A stretch of DNA of 64,000 nt from Tubulanus polymorphus (GCF_964204645.1 NC_134033.1:8750655-8814654), one strand, 5' to 3'. Shown: positions 22,209 through 36,976, counted from the stretch's first letter. Notes: generated from the sequence alone by a model not told the origin. Made by a program: numbers and translations.

Positions 22209-22611
22209 GCTGATTAATTGAAAGACCATGAATCATTTGCAATTTAATTTTCTAAGTATCAATAGATTAACCGAATACATGTACATTTAATTTTGTCAAA
22301 ATATTATTTGTTTGTGCTCCTAAGAAAAAAAACCATTTTCATTCATTCTGAGTTTTGTTACAAGTTCTGTAGTGTTCAGATTATTTGAGAAGAGCCATTA
22401 GGAAAGTTTATGTATTAGCTTTACTTTGTAACACGATACATTTGACATTAAGGCACGTGAGGTACTATGTGACCCAGGTGCGAAAAAACATTCTTATGAG
22501 TTATGTATTTTATCATGTCAACTTATCTTTTTTCACAAACTGTAGCCAAAAATACTGCTGGTCAGTTCAAGAATTAACAATACAACGAGCCCTATCGAAT
22601 TTGACATCGGA

Positions 22612-23070
22612 TGAAGTTTTGGGAAGTGGTCATTTGTGGTAATCAGTGGTGGTCAACTTTGAAGTTGCAATGATGAATCTTTTTTAGCCGAAATCAAATC
22701 TTTCCCATATTCGAGACGTTTGAATTGGTCAGTATGGTCAATTTATAAATTTGCAATGGTGAATCCTTTTTAGTCTGTACACCTAACGCGGTATATCGTT
22801 CACATGTTCGAGAAGTTTGAATTGGTCAGTGGTGGTCAGTGATGGTCAATTTATAAATTTGCAATGGTGAATCCGTTTTAGTCTGACACAAAACGCTGTA
22901 TATCGTTCTCATATTCGAGAAGTTTGAATTGGTCAGTGGTGGACAGTGATGGTCAATTTATAAGTTTGCAATGGTGAATCATTTTAGTCTGACACGAAAC
23001 GCGGCATATCGTTCTCATATACGATAAGTTTTAATTGGTCAGTAATGGTCAGTGACGGTCAATTTATGAA
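22612..23070. repeat. Tandem repeat, ~4 units of ~110-120 bp
   Basis: Recurring GTTTGAATTGGTCAGTGGTGG...GGTCAATTTATAAATTTGCAATGGTGAATC. Confidence 0.85.
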
Positions 23071-23760
23071 CTTAATAAAGAAATTTATGCTTTGAATAGA
23101 ACAGCGACCCATGATTGGCTGACTTGGCCAACTTGTCACACCCCGCGCAATATAAAATGACTTGATACTATGGCTGCTGACTAGCTTTATCTCCCGATAG
23201 CTGTCATCATAAAGCAATTCTGTTGTTTTAGTGGTAATAAAAAGCGATAAAGATATTGATAGATCTCCGAAAAGTGGATGTATTAGGATCGTAGCTATAT
23301 CGGCATGTGTATTCGGATCGCTGTTATATCGGCATGGGCACGAGATACGAACGGAGGCCGTATATTCATCCTCTAGTGTTAGCTGTTAGACGTAAAGGGG
23401 TGATTCTTCAATAATTGAACGATATCCTGTCTCCGGTGTGTTGTGGCCCATAAAATCCGCAAAAATTAATATTTTCAAAATTTTCCTTTAGATCAATGTT
23501 CTAGGTAGTCCAGCAGCCGTGGCAGTTTAGATGGATTTCTCTGTTATTGTTGTTTTCTATGTTGATTATTCATCTATAGGATGTCTGTGATGAAGTCCAA
23601 GTGGGTGTAGGGTCGTCACCCTTGGGCAATTCCAGAAATCCAAGATGGCCGCCGACAGCCATTTTGTAATTTATCAAAAATCAACTTTCTTACCGATTGA
23701 CCTACAAGTAAATGTGATACATCTTTTCTGACTAATTTGATGTTGAGGAATCCATTTCTG

Positions 23761-23868
23761 GGTCCAGTTCCACAGTTCTGAGTTAAGATTTGACCCTGGG
23801 TTAAAACATTGAAAATAAACTAGCTTTAACTCAGATTTAACTCAAACTCACAACTGTGGAACTGGGTC
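23761..23868. mobile_element. Small Harbinger-like MITE inserted in the Academ left terminal repeat
   Basis: CCAGTTCCACAGTT...AACTGTGGAACTGG inverted ends; CTG duplicated on both sides; removal restores ATCCATTTCTGATGTTTATTT as at 24001. Confidence 0.8.
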
Positions 23869-24296
23869 CTGATGTTTATTTTATGATTTGACATAACCGT
23901 GGCAACGGAATCCAAGATGGCCGCCATTTTCACAACTTTGTTGCCGATTGACCTACAAGTCAATGTGCTACATCTTTTCTGACTAATTTGATGTCTAGGA
24001 ATCCATTTCTGATGTTTATTTTGTGATTTGACGCAACCATGGCAATGCATTTAACCTCAAATCAATTTGACAAATTGATGTTTATGTACTATTTACACAT
24101 GTACATGTATTTATTTTACGAATCAAAGAATTTCTTAGTGCAATCATTACAACATAACCTTTAACCCTGACAGAAAATGTATTTAACAGCAAATTAATCT
24201 TAAACTGAGTTTTCTGTACACGTCTATTTATAAAGTATCTAACAACTTTTAAAGTGCTTTCATTACTACCAGCATCGTTTACCCCGTATTCAACAT

Positions 24297-27200
24297 CTAA
24301 TTGATTGAATGACACTGTTTTTCATGTACACATCTATAAAATAATGTACACGCTAATCCAGCACGACTGCAACTACACCTCTGTGTTTTACAAGGCACAT
24401 TGGCCGAACAAGAGCATTTGATTAATTTGAGTAAGTCTTGCGGAGCTAAAGAAGTGCCTTCTGGCACTGATACAGGAATTAGCGATTTTCGTTCCCGAAT
24501 CCATCCAAATTCGGTTGGATCTAATTCAGGAGGGTTTGGTAGGAGCGCATGCCTCCAAACTGTAGCCTGGAAATGTGCGCGTGCAACATTTGCTTTGAAA
24601 GCTTCATTTGTAGGTGGCAAAGAAGCTAACTTTGGGGCTGAAGCCACACTCTGCCCTACTTTGTTTGACCATCCTTTTTGTCTTGCTTCTGTCATCGATT
24701 CACAATTGGACTGTCCATAACATGCTAGAACGAATGGTGTCGAATGGTGAACGAATGCCTGTGCTACTACCTCAGATAAGCTACTAGTACTACCTAACTT
24801 GGACAAGGAGCACAAACCACTTCTGAGTACTTTTAGCATTACACCTTTGCCAATTCCGAAGTACGGTGCAACGGTATCACAACCACTGAGACAATGAGCT
24901 GCCAACAGATCAGGAATAATGGGGCAGTGCTTTTCGATTGTCGCATTTATGTCAATGACTGCCCGTCCATGTATTGGGGAGACCATGAAAACACGGCCAG
25001 ATATGTCACCAGAGAAATGGAAATGCAACAACATCACAAATATATCCGTGTCATCCGCGATAACAATCGATGTAGCAGCATTCACTGTTGATACTTGTTG
25101 CACAATAAGTGTATCTCCTTCCTCCTGAGTTGTAGTCATATCATTCCGCCGAATGACTGTTCCAGATTTAATGTGGACTGGTGTCGGATCACTAGCTGTA
25201 ACTATGAGATTGTTCCCATTGAATTCTCCAGAATGGGTGGCAAGATCTGCGGATATCATGTTGATCAATTGCAATTTGTTGGCTGAGACAGTGAGCATTA
25301 CTTTCTGTGGTGGAAGTTTTGTAGTGGGAATCAATGTGTAAACTCGACTTGCACCTTGTTCTCTGCCATGACGTGTGGACTCCTTGATGCTACCATCTTG
25401 GTATCTGTCAAATACAAGGTATACATCGCTAGTTTTCAGTTTACTGCGGATGTAAGAACGGAACCGATCTAGGAAGTCTTGTACATTTCCATTGGGCCAA
25501 GGTATCACCCATAGTACAGCACAACCATCGAGGAAGGTGGCATCGATCTCACTGTCTGCGATCCTACTTGAAATCTCAACTTTGAGTGAGTTCTTCAAAT
25601 TAGATTTTGTCTTTGGTTCACGCATGTGACCAGATGCTTCGAACATCGACGCTGGGTATGGTGCTAACTCGTGAGCTAAGATACTGTTGATGTCAAGGTC
25701 ACGCGAGTTATACTGCAAGCCCATAGCCCTGGCATAAATCATTTCAGGGTCGTACACCTTCACATCACCGACTTTGATGTGTTTCCGCGAGACTGACATC
25801 GTGATCACAACCCTTGGAATAGTCTCATGAAAGCTACCAGGCCAACTCTTTTCAAAAGACTGCATTTGTGACTTGCCTAGTGAAACTGCATTGTCGACAT
25901 TTAATGTTGGATGACTGACCAACTTCCCTGATTCGATGTTGACTATACCATCTGATGAGTTAGATCGGGCTTTAAAGGGTCTATACATAGCTCCAGCTTT
26001 TCCCGAAGTAACATTCTTTGATCAACATCAGTCTTTATGCTTGACTTCATTTCCTCTTTGTGTTTTGTTTGCACTGGCAGTTCATCATACTCTCTCATCT
26101 GGTTCAACTGGTGAATAATCGCATTGCATGTATGTCAACTGTATGCCCATGTTTTGAGCGTATTCGGCTTGAGTGTGATTCCGATTATTCCATTACGACC
26201 GTGACCATACCGCATAAATGTGGTTTCAATGGCCATATCACTCCAGATACCATTGAACAGTCCATCTTTGTGGTGCATTGTGTGCTGTCCCTTCATGAAA
26301 TACTCCCGTACGTCAGCTGGCATCGACTCCATTGAGCGCAAGTAATAGAGCGCATACCTGGCATAGTGAACATGGTTTGCTGCAAAGAACATGGGTACCA
26401 TCTCCTTAACAACTGCAAGATGGAGCGGCCAATCGGCTTCGCGTTCAGCTCGTATGTATTTCATTATAAGGAAGACTGGCCTAATAAGACAGTCAACCCA
26501 GAGTTTGGACGTTCTGCTCTTTGAAGAAATGTCATCAAGCACACATTGAAGGTCTGTCATGCCTGTAAGTTCCTGTGATTCAAACAATGGTCGCAGCAAC
26601 TCTTCGACTAACAATCTGAATGCTCTAACGTTTTGTGGATACTTTTTTCCTGTTAACATTTTCAATACACCACCAAATGGAACACTCAGAATTTCTACAA
26701 TGCCGGAGTCTGTCATCAGAGTAGTACCAATGCAGCCACAGTAACTCATTAACAGATGCATTCCACCTAATCTCAAATAATAGTTCCTGAACATGGCTGG
26801 ATTCTCCCAGGTGATGTGTACGGCAATGCGATACAGTTGCTGGTCAGCTGTAAATACAACAAACTCTTGGCCGGCATTATGTGATACATCTTTTGCCACA
26901 AGCAATGCTGTCATCATTGTCGCAGGTTCTGCTGGCGGGCTGTCTACAAGCGGAAGGTACACCACTCTTGTTTTTGGTTTCCTTGAATGGCCTTGCTCTC
27001 GACACAATCTGGTGTTGTGACCATTAAACTCGGGGCACGCCTTGCTGCTCAGGATATCTTCGAAAAAGGCAAAATCCGCTTCCTGCGCTCTGTAGCTAAA
27101 AACCTGCTGATGAGTCACTACATCTGGTGAAAGAACTGTTCTGGGAATCTGAGGCATGGGGGGATTCTTTTGCCCGATATAATCGATGAGTTGATCCACT

Positions 27201-28595
27201 TCCTCGACCCCTACAGGCTGTGACATTTCCTCCTTTTTTACCCTTCTCATGGTTCCAGGATTTGTTGTCTCATCACTGGTTGGTTGCATTACTATTGTTG
27301 CAAGGGAATGTGTAGATAGTTTTCCACTTGGTGAACTGATATCAGCATCAAAGTTATCTGATACAACCTGGACTAATCCATGTTTCTCTACTGTCAACAA
27401 CCGATGCCGCTGCAGCTGACTTCTTAAAGCGGAGAACCTCATCGTAACTACACGTGACTCGATAGTCATACATGTGATTAACTATCAATTTAGAGTCTCG
27501 AAGTAATACACCCAGGGCAATCTGAATATCTGTTGCTCTGTTGTTTACTATACTTGTTACAATGCTCCCTTTCAGCAATGCCGGTAAAGTGCATTTTTCT
27601 AGCTTTGGTGAGATTGTAGCTAGAAGACACTGTAATGTCTCGGAAACCTGATCGCCAGCTGTATGCTTATCGATGTGTACGCTATAAGATGATTTCGACC
27701 AATCGAGCTTCTGGCAATCCTTCCTTATCTGATTGGCAAGACTGACAGTATCATATTCAAGATCATCAGCTTCCTTGTCCTTTACCAGTTTTTTCACAAA
27801 CCCAGCATTATTTCTAAATAATAAGATGGATGCATATCCTCGTGAGGATAGTGTAATCAATTCCCCACGAAAGTGTTTGATAAGTTCAACAATCAAGGAT
27901 TTCCGGGATAGCACGTTTCCACCATGATGTTCATATTGTTCAAACAATTCTACTGAATTCCATATGCACGTTTTGTCATTAGATAATTCCGCTATTACAG
28001 ATTTCAGAGCTAGATCTGTGTTCTGAACTTCAGATTTATCACGATTGTTATTATCAAGAAGCCTCATGCCAACAAATGCACTCATACAGTCCTTGTGATA
28101 ACGGGCTTCAGCTGCAATTAGATCACTCACTGCACCTTCCAAGCGAACTCGAACTTCATTTGCCCATCTATCACCACGGGCATTACATTTGTCTAGTAAA
28201 TATTGTTTGTATGTTTGGCGCCCGTGATCGGAATGTGTTAATCGGCATAAATAAGCTGGTCTCCATCTGTCCGGGTGTTTTGAGTCTTTATTTACCACAT
28301 CACATGATTCGCCACAATAAAGACACTGATCTCTGAACTCAAATAGAGCAGTTGATGAGCGCCGTTGTTTCTTAGGTGGTTCATTATCTTTAGTGACATA
28401 AGGTCCAAGATTAGTCTTTGAGGTGTATCTCGAGACACAATTCTCGTGGTAACATACCGGTATTGTGACATCGGGATCATCTGCAAGTTGCGTTTCGAGA
28501 TCAAGATGTAACGTGTCACCATATATCTTGCTTGCACTTATGGAGTGTGTATGCGACCTGGTCCATTGGATCTGGTGATCGGTCCAGCACCACAC
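24297..28595 (-). pseudogene. Academ transposase with XPG/PIN-like nuclease and Cys-rich C-terminus, frameshifted
   Basis: ORFs 27354-28595, 26135-27469 and 24297-25988: DLIAAEARYH..C, DNFD, TADQQLY, LGGMH, HYARY, WSDMAIETT, DDTDIF, SGCDTV..GIGK, CSC..C..CSC..CT. Confidence 0.85.
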
Positions 28596-30121
28596 TTGTA
28601 CATATAGTTGAAAATGCAGTGACCCTCCTTTTTAGCTACAAAACACAAAATGCAGAAGGGTTCTTTAAAATAGAGCTAGGACGTCACAATCCAAATATTG
28701 GAGGGCTACAAATCATCCACTAAACTATCGGATTACATCGACAAAACACACGTAGGTACACACTTTCAAGTAGAACATCAATACCAATCCGAAATATATA
28801 GGCCTAGGTAAAAGGTATTTGGAATTTCGATCAACGTCCTCATACTAACAAAGTGGCTAACGAATATGCATCAAATCTTCACTATCAGTGCATTTAATTA
28901 TAATAATAATAATACTGATATAGTCAGGGACGGATTTATGGAGAGTTGGGGGAGCGCCCCCCCCCCCAAATTTCGAGGTGCCCTAAAAAGAATTTCATAG
29001 AAATATTTTTTTAAAGTAAACTTTTTGTAAAACTAAACCATCTGTATTGGGTGTTTCAAAAATATAGTTGATGTTTTCCGGTGACTCTCCACCAGAAAAG
29101 CCCAGATAGCTTTTAAATTGCATCAAATTTAGTTTGCACCTTAGGTGCGAAGTATGAGAGTGCCCTTATTTACCCAGATGTGCCCTAATTTTTCCTGCTC
29201 CCCTCCTTAAATAGACCCTAGACCCGCCCCTTATAGTTGATGAAATGATAAATAAAGAATAGTTTTCATTATGTACCTACCCATATTTAATGCTGCACTT
29301 TCCCGACAGCAAAAGAGCCTTTTATTGAGAACCTCAAGCAGAGATACAGACTAAATGGAACAAAAACAGCAGTTGAAATTCAAATTCATTAGTGCCATGG
29401 TAACATAACCATTGTTGCCTAGAGCATTTTTTTGTAGGCCTAGGTAACATTTTAACTTTAAAGAAAATATTTTTTGAAAATTATGCATAGGCCTAAGTCC
29501 GATCTGTAGGCCCACTGTTATTCAATGACTTCCATGGCGGCCATCTTGGATTCCGTTGCCATGGTAACGTCAAATCACAAAATAAATATCAGAAATGGAT
29601 TCCTCGACATTAAATTAGTCAGAAAAGATGTATCACATTTACTTGTAGGTCAATCGGTAAGAAAGTTGATTTTTGATAAATTACAAAATGGCTGTCGGCG
29701 GCCATCTTGGATTTCTGGAATTGCCCAAGGGTGACGACCCTACACCCACTTGGACTTCACCACAGACATCCTATAGACGAATAATCAACATAGAAAAAAA
29801 CTATAACAGAGAAATCCACCTAAAGCCAAAATTTGCCTTTTGGCTGCTGGACTAAAGGGATATTCTGTTGTTTATATTTAACAACCACATAAAATATATT
29901 TTTTCATAAGCGGAACAACCCCATTTTCTTTATGTCGCCATGTCGAATGATAAAATTACGTATTACCACAAAAACTGTTGAAGATAGCATATTCTTTCAA
30001 AATTGGGTGTGTTTCAGATATGATTGACAAGGCCTATATAGTGGGACTAATGTCATCAGTGTCACGTTTTGTCATCAGAGTCACGTTTGTCATCAGAGTC
30101 ACGCTGAACCTAGATGTGTAG

Positions 30122-30516
30122 TATGGTGGCTGATAAGGGTCATAGCGTAAACTTCCTGGTATGTAAATGAGGGCGCCAGAACGCCAGAACGCCAAAACGA
30201 AAAAAACAACGAAAAACGTCGAAATTTCTCTAAAAGTTCGTTTTGGTGCGCCAAAACAAAGAATATTCCGTTTTGGCGCCCCCGCCAAAACGAACTTTCA
30301 TTTTGGCGCCCCCACCAAAACAACGAAAAACGTCGAAATTTCTCTAAAAGTTCGTTTTGGCGAGGGCGCCAAAACGGAATTTTCTTTGTTTTTTGGCGCG
30401 CCAAAACGAACTTTCAGAGAAAATTGGACGTTTTTTTTCGTTTTGGCGTTCTGGCGTTCTGGCGCCCTCATTTACATACCAGGAATTTTACGCAATGGCC
30501 CTAATCAGCCACCATA
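30122..30516. mobile_element. Palindromic MITE, IS3EU-like (TATGG...CCATA, 6-bp TSD)
   Basis: Inverted arms ~85 bp; GTGTAG duplicated at 30116-30121 and 30517-30522; internal GGCGCC/CCAAAACG repeats. Confidence 0.85.
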
Positions 30517-30827
30517 GTGTAGGGCTAGTCTCTAAGTATCATAAATAGATACCGGTATTTTCTTATGTTGCAAATAGATAAACTTTGCTATCAATTAAAA
30601 CAAAAAATTATTAAAAAGTATAGAAGTGCGAAAGCAGTAACACTAATGTAATCTCAGATTTTTAATCATATGTAAGATTACATTTGATCTTACACACCCG
30701 AATGTTCGTCGGACAATTCTTTACGTGGCGGCCTGAAGTCTAGAGCCACTACGGTTTTTGGCGGTAATTAAGACAGCCGGTAGGCGGTGAAGTGGTCGAT
30801 TCTTGGAGGATTAGAAAAAAGGGGAAC

Positions 30828-30958
30828 ATGGAATCGAAATCGGACGAATGTCTAGGTAGCAACTGTGAGACGACGTTACCCAAAGAGATGGATGAAGATG
30901 TAGAAAAGTTAGAAAGAGAACATTTCCAGAGAATCGTTAATGCGTTCAGATGTTACAG
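30828..30958 (+). CDS. CARNMT1: Carnosine N-methyltransferase-like (N2227 family), exon 1
   Basis: MESKS...EKLEREHFQRIVNAFRCY, GT donor at 30959; phase matches exon 2. Confidence 0.85.
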
Positions 30959-30989
30959 GTTTCGATCTTAAATCCTATCTTTATCACAG

Positions 30990-32985
30990 GGGCTCATCAG
31001 AGTTGTAGGTAATGTAAAAACGATAATCTGTTAATCCAATGTATATAGTATAGGCCACAGGGGCTCGTATCAGAGTTGTAGGTAATCAATGTAAAAACGA
31101 TAATCTGTTAATCTAATGAATAAAATAACAAGGGCTTCAAATGCGCAGAACACTATATTTTCTAAATGTTGCGGTTGTTTCGTTAATCCATACGATCTTC
31201 CAGCTTTGAAAACGCGAATTTTCCGATTTTACGTCAATTCACGAACTCCATGCGCGATCTAAACATGGCGATTGTCATCTCCCACAATGCTTAGCGCAAT
31301 GCAGAACCGAAATGAATTTTATTTCCAATTTATTTTCTGTGTATATTTACGTGAAATTCAGAATCTATTATAACCTGATCGTGTTTATTCTAGCTTAAAT
31401 AAGATAAAACATTATTTGATTGAATTGTTACGAAATAAAATTCACTGCGGACCTGTTGCTAGTTCAAGTTCAAGGTCGCCATCTTGAGATCGCGTGTCGA
31501 GTGCGTGAATTGACGTAAAATCGGAAAATTCGCGTTTGCAAAGCTGGAAGATCGTATGGATTAACGAAACAACCGCAATATCCAGAAAGTATAGAATGTT
31601 TTGCGCATTTGAAGCTATCGACCATCAAAATCGGTGAAGGATTTCGTGTCGAACTCAACGTTTTAAATTTCGAAATCAGCAAAAACCGGCGTCATAGCAT
31701 TTTCGGTCCAGGCGATTTCGGCCCTAATTTCGCGTTCAAAGACATATAATTCACGAACTATTCATCGGAAATTAACGGGAATAGTTTCGTTAGAAGCAGG
31801 AAGGTATTAGCTTTCATATCATGCCTGGATTATCAAAATCGGATGAAAAATAACGAAAAAGTAAGCGACTGAAGTTGAGTAGTTTGTGAGCGTCGTTAGC
31901 CCCCTTGTTATTTTATATATACTATATACATTGGATTAACAGATTATCGTTTTTACATTACCTACAATTCTGATACGAGCCCCTGTGGTATAGGCCTATA
32001 TAAAATAAAAAGGGGGCTAACGACGCTCACAAACTACTCAACTTCAGTCGCTTACTATTTCGTTAGGCCTATCTCTCATCCGATTTTGATAATCCAGGCA
32101 TGCTATGAGAAAAGCTAAAAAAGCTTCCGGCGCTATTGCACTTTTGTACCCCCCTCCCAAAACTTTTATTTCAGCATATTTATTATCAGGGATGTCTAGG
32201 GATTCAAAATCAGTGACTTTAGACCCAAAAAACCTACTTTTTCTAGGTTAAAATTTTGTTATTTTGGGCCCTAAATCACGTGTAAATTCGCCGATTCGCG
32301 ACGTCAACAACGCCATATTGGATGTCAATCAAAGTTTCTAACCCTCCACTGAAATGTCATGACATAGGCCTAAAAACTTTGCAAAAACCATGTTTTCAAA
32401 CATAACCATCTCTGAAAATGACGCGTATGTTTGCATTATTTTCATACTGAGCTATTGATTTAAAGATGTTCTGATGAAGAAAAGTTATATGCCCAAAAAC
32501 GAAACTTTGTCAATTCAATTAAATTTATTGGCATATGTTTATTCGGATGATTTTAGGTGGTAATTAGTGCGGAAACTTGGCCGACCCGTCAGTTTGAATC
32601 GAGGAAATCGGCCCCAAATTATCAGAAAATATAGAATGTTTTGCGCATTTGAAGCCCTGGATCATCAAAATCGGTGAAGGATTTCGTGTCAAACTCAACG
32701 TTTTCAATTTTGAAATCGGCAAAAACCGGCGTCATAGCATTTTCGGTCCTAATTTCACGTTCAAAGACATATAATTCACAAACTACTCGTTGGAAGTTAG
32801 GCCTAATGGGATAATTTTCGTTAGAAGCAGGAAGCTATTAGCTTTCATAGCATGCCTGGATTATCAAAATCGGATGAGAAATAACGAAATAGTAAGCGAT
32901 TGAAGTTGAGTAGTTTGTGAGCGTCATTAGCCCCCTTGTTTTTTTAATATATACTATAAACATTGGATTAACAGATTATCGTTTT
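30990..32985. repeat. Complex fold-back/duplicated repeat block in intron 1
   Basis: ~31135-31270 is inverted at ~31480-31615; ~31820-31990 is inverted against ~31050-31110 and ~32010-32105; ~31585-31955 is repeated at ~32625-32985. Confidence 0.75.
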
Positions 32986-32986
32986 T

Positions 32987-35694
32987 AGCCCACTTGGGAC
33001 TTTAGTCACAGCGGGCTATTGCATTCACTTTTCGTCCGTCCGTCCCTAGACGGAATCCAGTTATTTTGGGAAGTTTTGAAGACGTTTCAAGGTAATGTCT
33101 TGATATTTGGTTTATACATGTATCTACCCTAGACACGCCTTCAGCCCAAAAACTGGCATTGTCAGATTCAAGATGGCCGACTGGCAGCCATTGTTGTTCA
33201 TCAAAATCAGCACTTTTTAGGACGTTCGTTAGACGAACGTCCTTATGTGACAGGTTTGCCGGTTGATGACGCACTTCCGATTGGGTTGACAGACGTTTAA
33301 GGTTGTTTTAAAGCCAGTTAGTTAGAGATTTCCTCAAATTCCGCATCAGAAATGGTGTCTTCAAGTTGGGATTGAATTTGGTTAAAAATAGTTGGTTAGT
33401 TTTTGCTGTGCCCTCTTGAAAAAATGCTCTTCACGCCGTTTATGTGACATCACACATCACGTGTTGCTTATGACGTAGAGGGTATAGTGATCGACAGAAG
33501 TGCCATTTTTAAAATCGTTGTATCGTGGATGTTAACTTTACAGGACCGTACGAAGTCTCTTTAAAGGTGAGTAGGCATATAGGCCCTATGGTGACTTAAC
33601 TTAATTCCTTGTGAGCGCACAGAGGCCCTGTGAGAATCTAGAGACGTTCGCAGCATTGAAAATTACGCAATGGTCCGCTCGACACGCACACACATGCTGT
33701 CAGTTTGACCCACGTGACTAAATACAGCCGCCATGAATCAGAAGCAATCCACTTCAAATTTTATGAAGTGAAAATCATAATTATTATTTATCCGATATAC
33801 ACCAAAAACCTTCAAGAGAAAGGTATTTGGCGTCGGATTCTGTACCGAAAATCCCGGATTGTTACACTGCATAGTTTTTTTAGTAGGGTTCTTTTAACAT
33901 TTTGCCTATAAGCCATTTGATTGACACGTGGGGCGGGGCTTGCGATCTGCCGATGACGTCAGATGTAAACAATAATATAACCACGTGCATCGCGCACATG
34001 TGTAAACAAACCTGGCAACAAATTAGATTTTTTGGCGCCAAAACTTTTTTGATTTTTTCTTTTGTCCAATGATTTTTCAACTGGAGCCAACTGCTATGCC
34101 ATTAGATTGTACAATCAAGTATTCACGTTTATAGACTCTCTCTGAAATAATTCTTGTCCAGGGGACATGTATTGAAATATCTATTGTCGTTCTTTTTGTT
34201 TTTTTTTATTTTTAGGATATAAAAAGCCTAGAAGAAACATCATCTGGCAGACGCACATTTGACTACAGATTATATCCTGTTATAAAATGTGTTTTTCTTG
34301 TCATTAATACTTCCTGACTACTTTTATTTTATGGTTATCTAAGTGCAAGGCAAACATTGGTGGGGTTCCTTTCGCCCTCCGAATATATAGGACCAAAAGG
34401 GGTATTTTATGCCATTTGGATTTATTTTTGCTTAGAAAATTTATTCAAATACTTTTTGGCGGGCGCATTCAAATTCTGAAGGGTACGACTAGTCCAACCC
34501 CTAAATCCACTTGCATTAAGTCTCAACGTTAAAACCTTCACCGGCCTCCTACTCAATTTTTTGAATAAATGTAAAACTTATGGCAGAATTTATGGTTGAT
34601 TCCTCAATTTTTGAATCCCAAAGAATAATTTTTGAATTACGCAGTAGGTTGACACTTGAATAGCCGGTATTCAAATTTTCCAATCAATGTGGGAGGTGTC
34701 TGGGTCTATATGCGTTTCACAAACGAACGTCCTCTTTTAAAGTTTCTTTCTAGTTACACTTTTTGAGGGAAATTTTGCAGACGCTTTGATCAATTACCTT
34801 GATCTTTCGTGTATATTTGAATCCCCCAAGGGCCCACCACCATAAGAAAATTGGGTCGATCAGACTCAAGATGGCCGTCCTATGACCTTTTTAGTGCCCA
34901 AAAATGTCAATTTTGGCCCAAATTCTGAGTCCTGTAGTTTCCTACTGGTTTGCCATTTCTCATTGCAATTTGTGATGGGTATTCTTTGGAAAGGATTGTT
35001 TTATACCTGAGACAGGTATTTTTGATCAGCCAATTATGACGCAATTGGCGGCCATCTTGGTGTCATCAGTACTCATCCGTAAGTGGGAAAAAGTTTTTCC
35101 ACATTAGGCTATATTGATACCTAAGCGTATTTTGTTACCACAATCAATTGGAAACTTGTAGCTCATAACGTGTTCTATGATTGTGGTGAGTTTCAAGGTC
35201 ATTGATTTTTGTATATGGCCACCAGGGGGCATTGAATAATACAATATCTTAGTATTTTTATATTATATTCGTAACCACAATCAATTGCAAAGTTGTAGCT
35301 CATGACATCATCTATGATTGTGGCAAGTTTTAAGGCCATTAGTTATTCTATATGGTCACCAGGGGGCAAATTACAAAGTTATAGTTCGTGACATGTTCTA
35401 TGATAGTGGTGAGTTTCAAGGTCATTGGGTTTTGAATATGGTCACTAGGGGGCGTTGAATAATAGAATAACTTAGTATTTCCATATTAAATTGGTGACGA
35501 GGCATATTTTGTTATCGCAATCAATTACGATCAATTACAAAATCGTAGCTGCTGACATGTTCTATGATTGTGGTGGGTTGCAACGTCATTGGTTTTTGTA
35601 TATGGTCACCAGGGGGTGTTGAATATTGAAATTGTTAGATTGTTGAGCATTTGAAACCACTTCCCAAGTGGGCATGGTGTCCCTGGACCTCTAG
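32987..35694 (+). mobile_element. Non-autonomous Helentron-associated (HINE/DINE-1-like) element
   Basis: Inserted in T-runs; sub-terminal inverted repeat GCCCACTTGGGA / TCCCAAGTGGGC; (CGTC)n microsatellite near the 5' end; internal tandem repeats at ~35130-35630; 3' end CTAG-TT. Confidence 0.75.
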
Positions 35695-36777
35695 TTTCTT
35701 TCAGCTGTAAATTTTTCTATGCAAAATCATTTCCACACAATCTGATAAGTAATCTAGCAATTATCAACATGATGATAGATTCCATTAAGACACTATAATA
35801 TTCAAATAACAACTATCCAAAAGCTTGCACTAACTTGGTCCACGTCTACAATAAAACCATTCCGATTCCCAGTCCCCGTGTGTAACATTTCATGTAACGA
35901 TGCACGACAACACCGATCTCTTAGCTCTTTAACAAGTAATCAGTTCAAAGTTCAATTAATTCTACTACAGAAATACAAAACCACCAAGCAAGCTTTCAGT
36001 ACAACCATGTCAGCAAGCCCATTTTTAGAATTTCTTCCTTGTTTTATATTGTGAAAAAATATTTTTTGAAAATATAAAATAGTTTCTGCGCCTACCTGTA
36101 CCCTGCGAAATTTTGGATGTAGACCATAAACAAATGTTTATCTTTGGTCTTATTTGACTACAAACTAAGGCTTTAAGAAAGACAAAATACAATATAAACT
36201 TCTAGAACTTTGAAGTCACGAATTAGTAAGATTTTTCAAGCAAAACCCTTACTCCAAACAACCTCTAGCTTTCAAGGTGAACCACACTTTGCCCATGGGC
36301 TATTTATTTTCTTGTTTAATTTTCAATGAAATGAATTTTTGCACACCGGCAGCCTTAGTGACAGATTTTTTACTTTTCACCAGTGTGGTGAGCCACTGGA
36401 TCATTGGTCCTTTATTTAGCGATGTTAGCATAGCCGGTAATAGTCAGTAACCTGTCTGTGGTTTAGTTCCATGATTCAGAATTTTCACAAACTACAGTTA
36501 GGAATGGTACGGTATTTCTGAATAGTGCTGGTATGTTTCCGGTATAAAGACACTTTGCCAAGTGTCAAACACTATATCCTGCCGATTTAAAACTACAGCA
36601 AATGCAACCAATTTACAATGTCGCAGTGCTTAGATAATTTCTGGTGGTTCTTGGACCAAATCTGGTAGATCTATGTGGTGAATGTAGGCCTACAGCTTGT
36701 AAGCTAGTTTGATCAGAACCACTAGCGGACAGCCACTCCTCTTTGTGCATGCACACTACTTTTATTTTCTTTTTCAG

Positions 36778-36976
36778 GGCACATTCACTGAAACGGATTG
36801 CGATTTCGGAAAGAAATTACCATGAGCTGTCGGACATGCACAAAAAACTGATACCAAATTTTCAGGAGCAAATGAACAATTTACGCCATTGTGTTGATCA
36901 TAATTACGAAATCGTTAAACAGATTATTCACAATACCGATCAGATGTTTGAAAATTCTGATCATGGACCAATTAAT
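36778..36976 (+). CDS. CARNMT1: CARNMT1-like exon 2
   Basis: Polypyrimidine/CAG acceptor; HKKLIPNF...LRHCVDHNYEI...MFEN; GTAAGT donor. Confidence 0.88.

Larger units (their letters stand above)
23506..29854 (-). mobile_element. Academ DNA transposon
   Basis: Long TIRs (>250 bp) TAGTCCAGCAGCC...GGCTGCTGGACTA; flanks TAGG/AAGG (imperfect TSD); internal Academ-type transposase. Confidence 0.88.

Noticed and set aside
17862-22214. 6-bp TSD for Polinton copy 3 (ACTCAT / GCTGAT)
   Set aside because: Only 4 of 6 bases match; compatible with decay but not demonstrable.
28925-29230. Possible CAGGG.CGGAT...CCGCCCCT MITE within the Academ element
   Set aside because: TIRs are degenerate and the TSD is ambiguous; not enough support to annotate.
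30034-30548. Overlapping ORFs on both strands
   Set aside because: By-products of a palindromic MITE.
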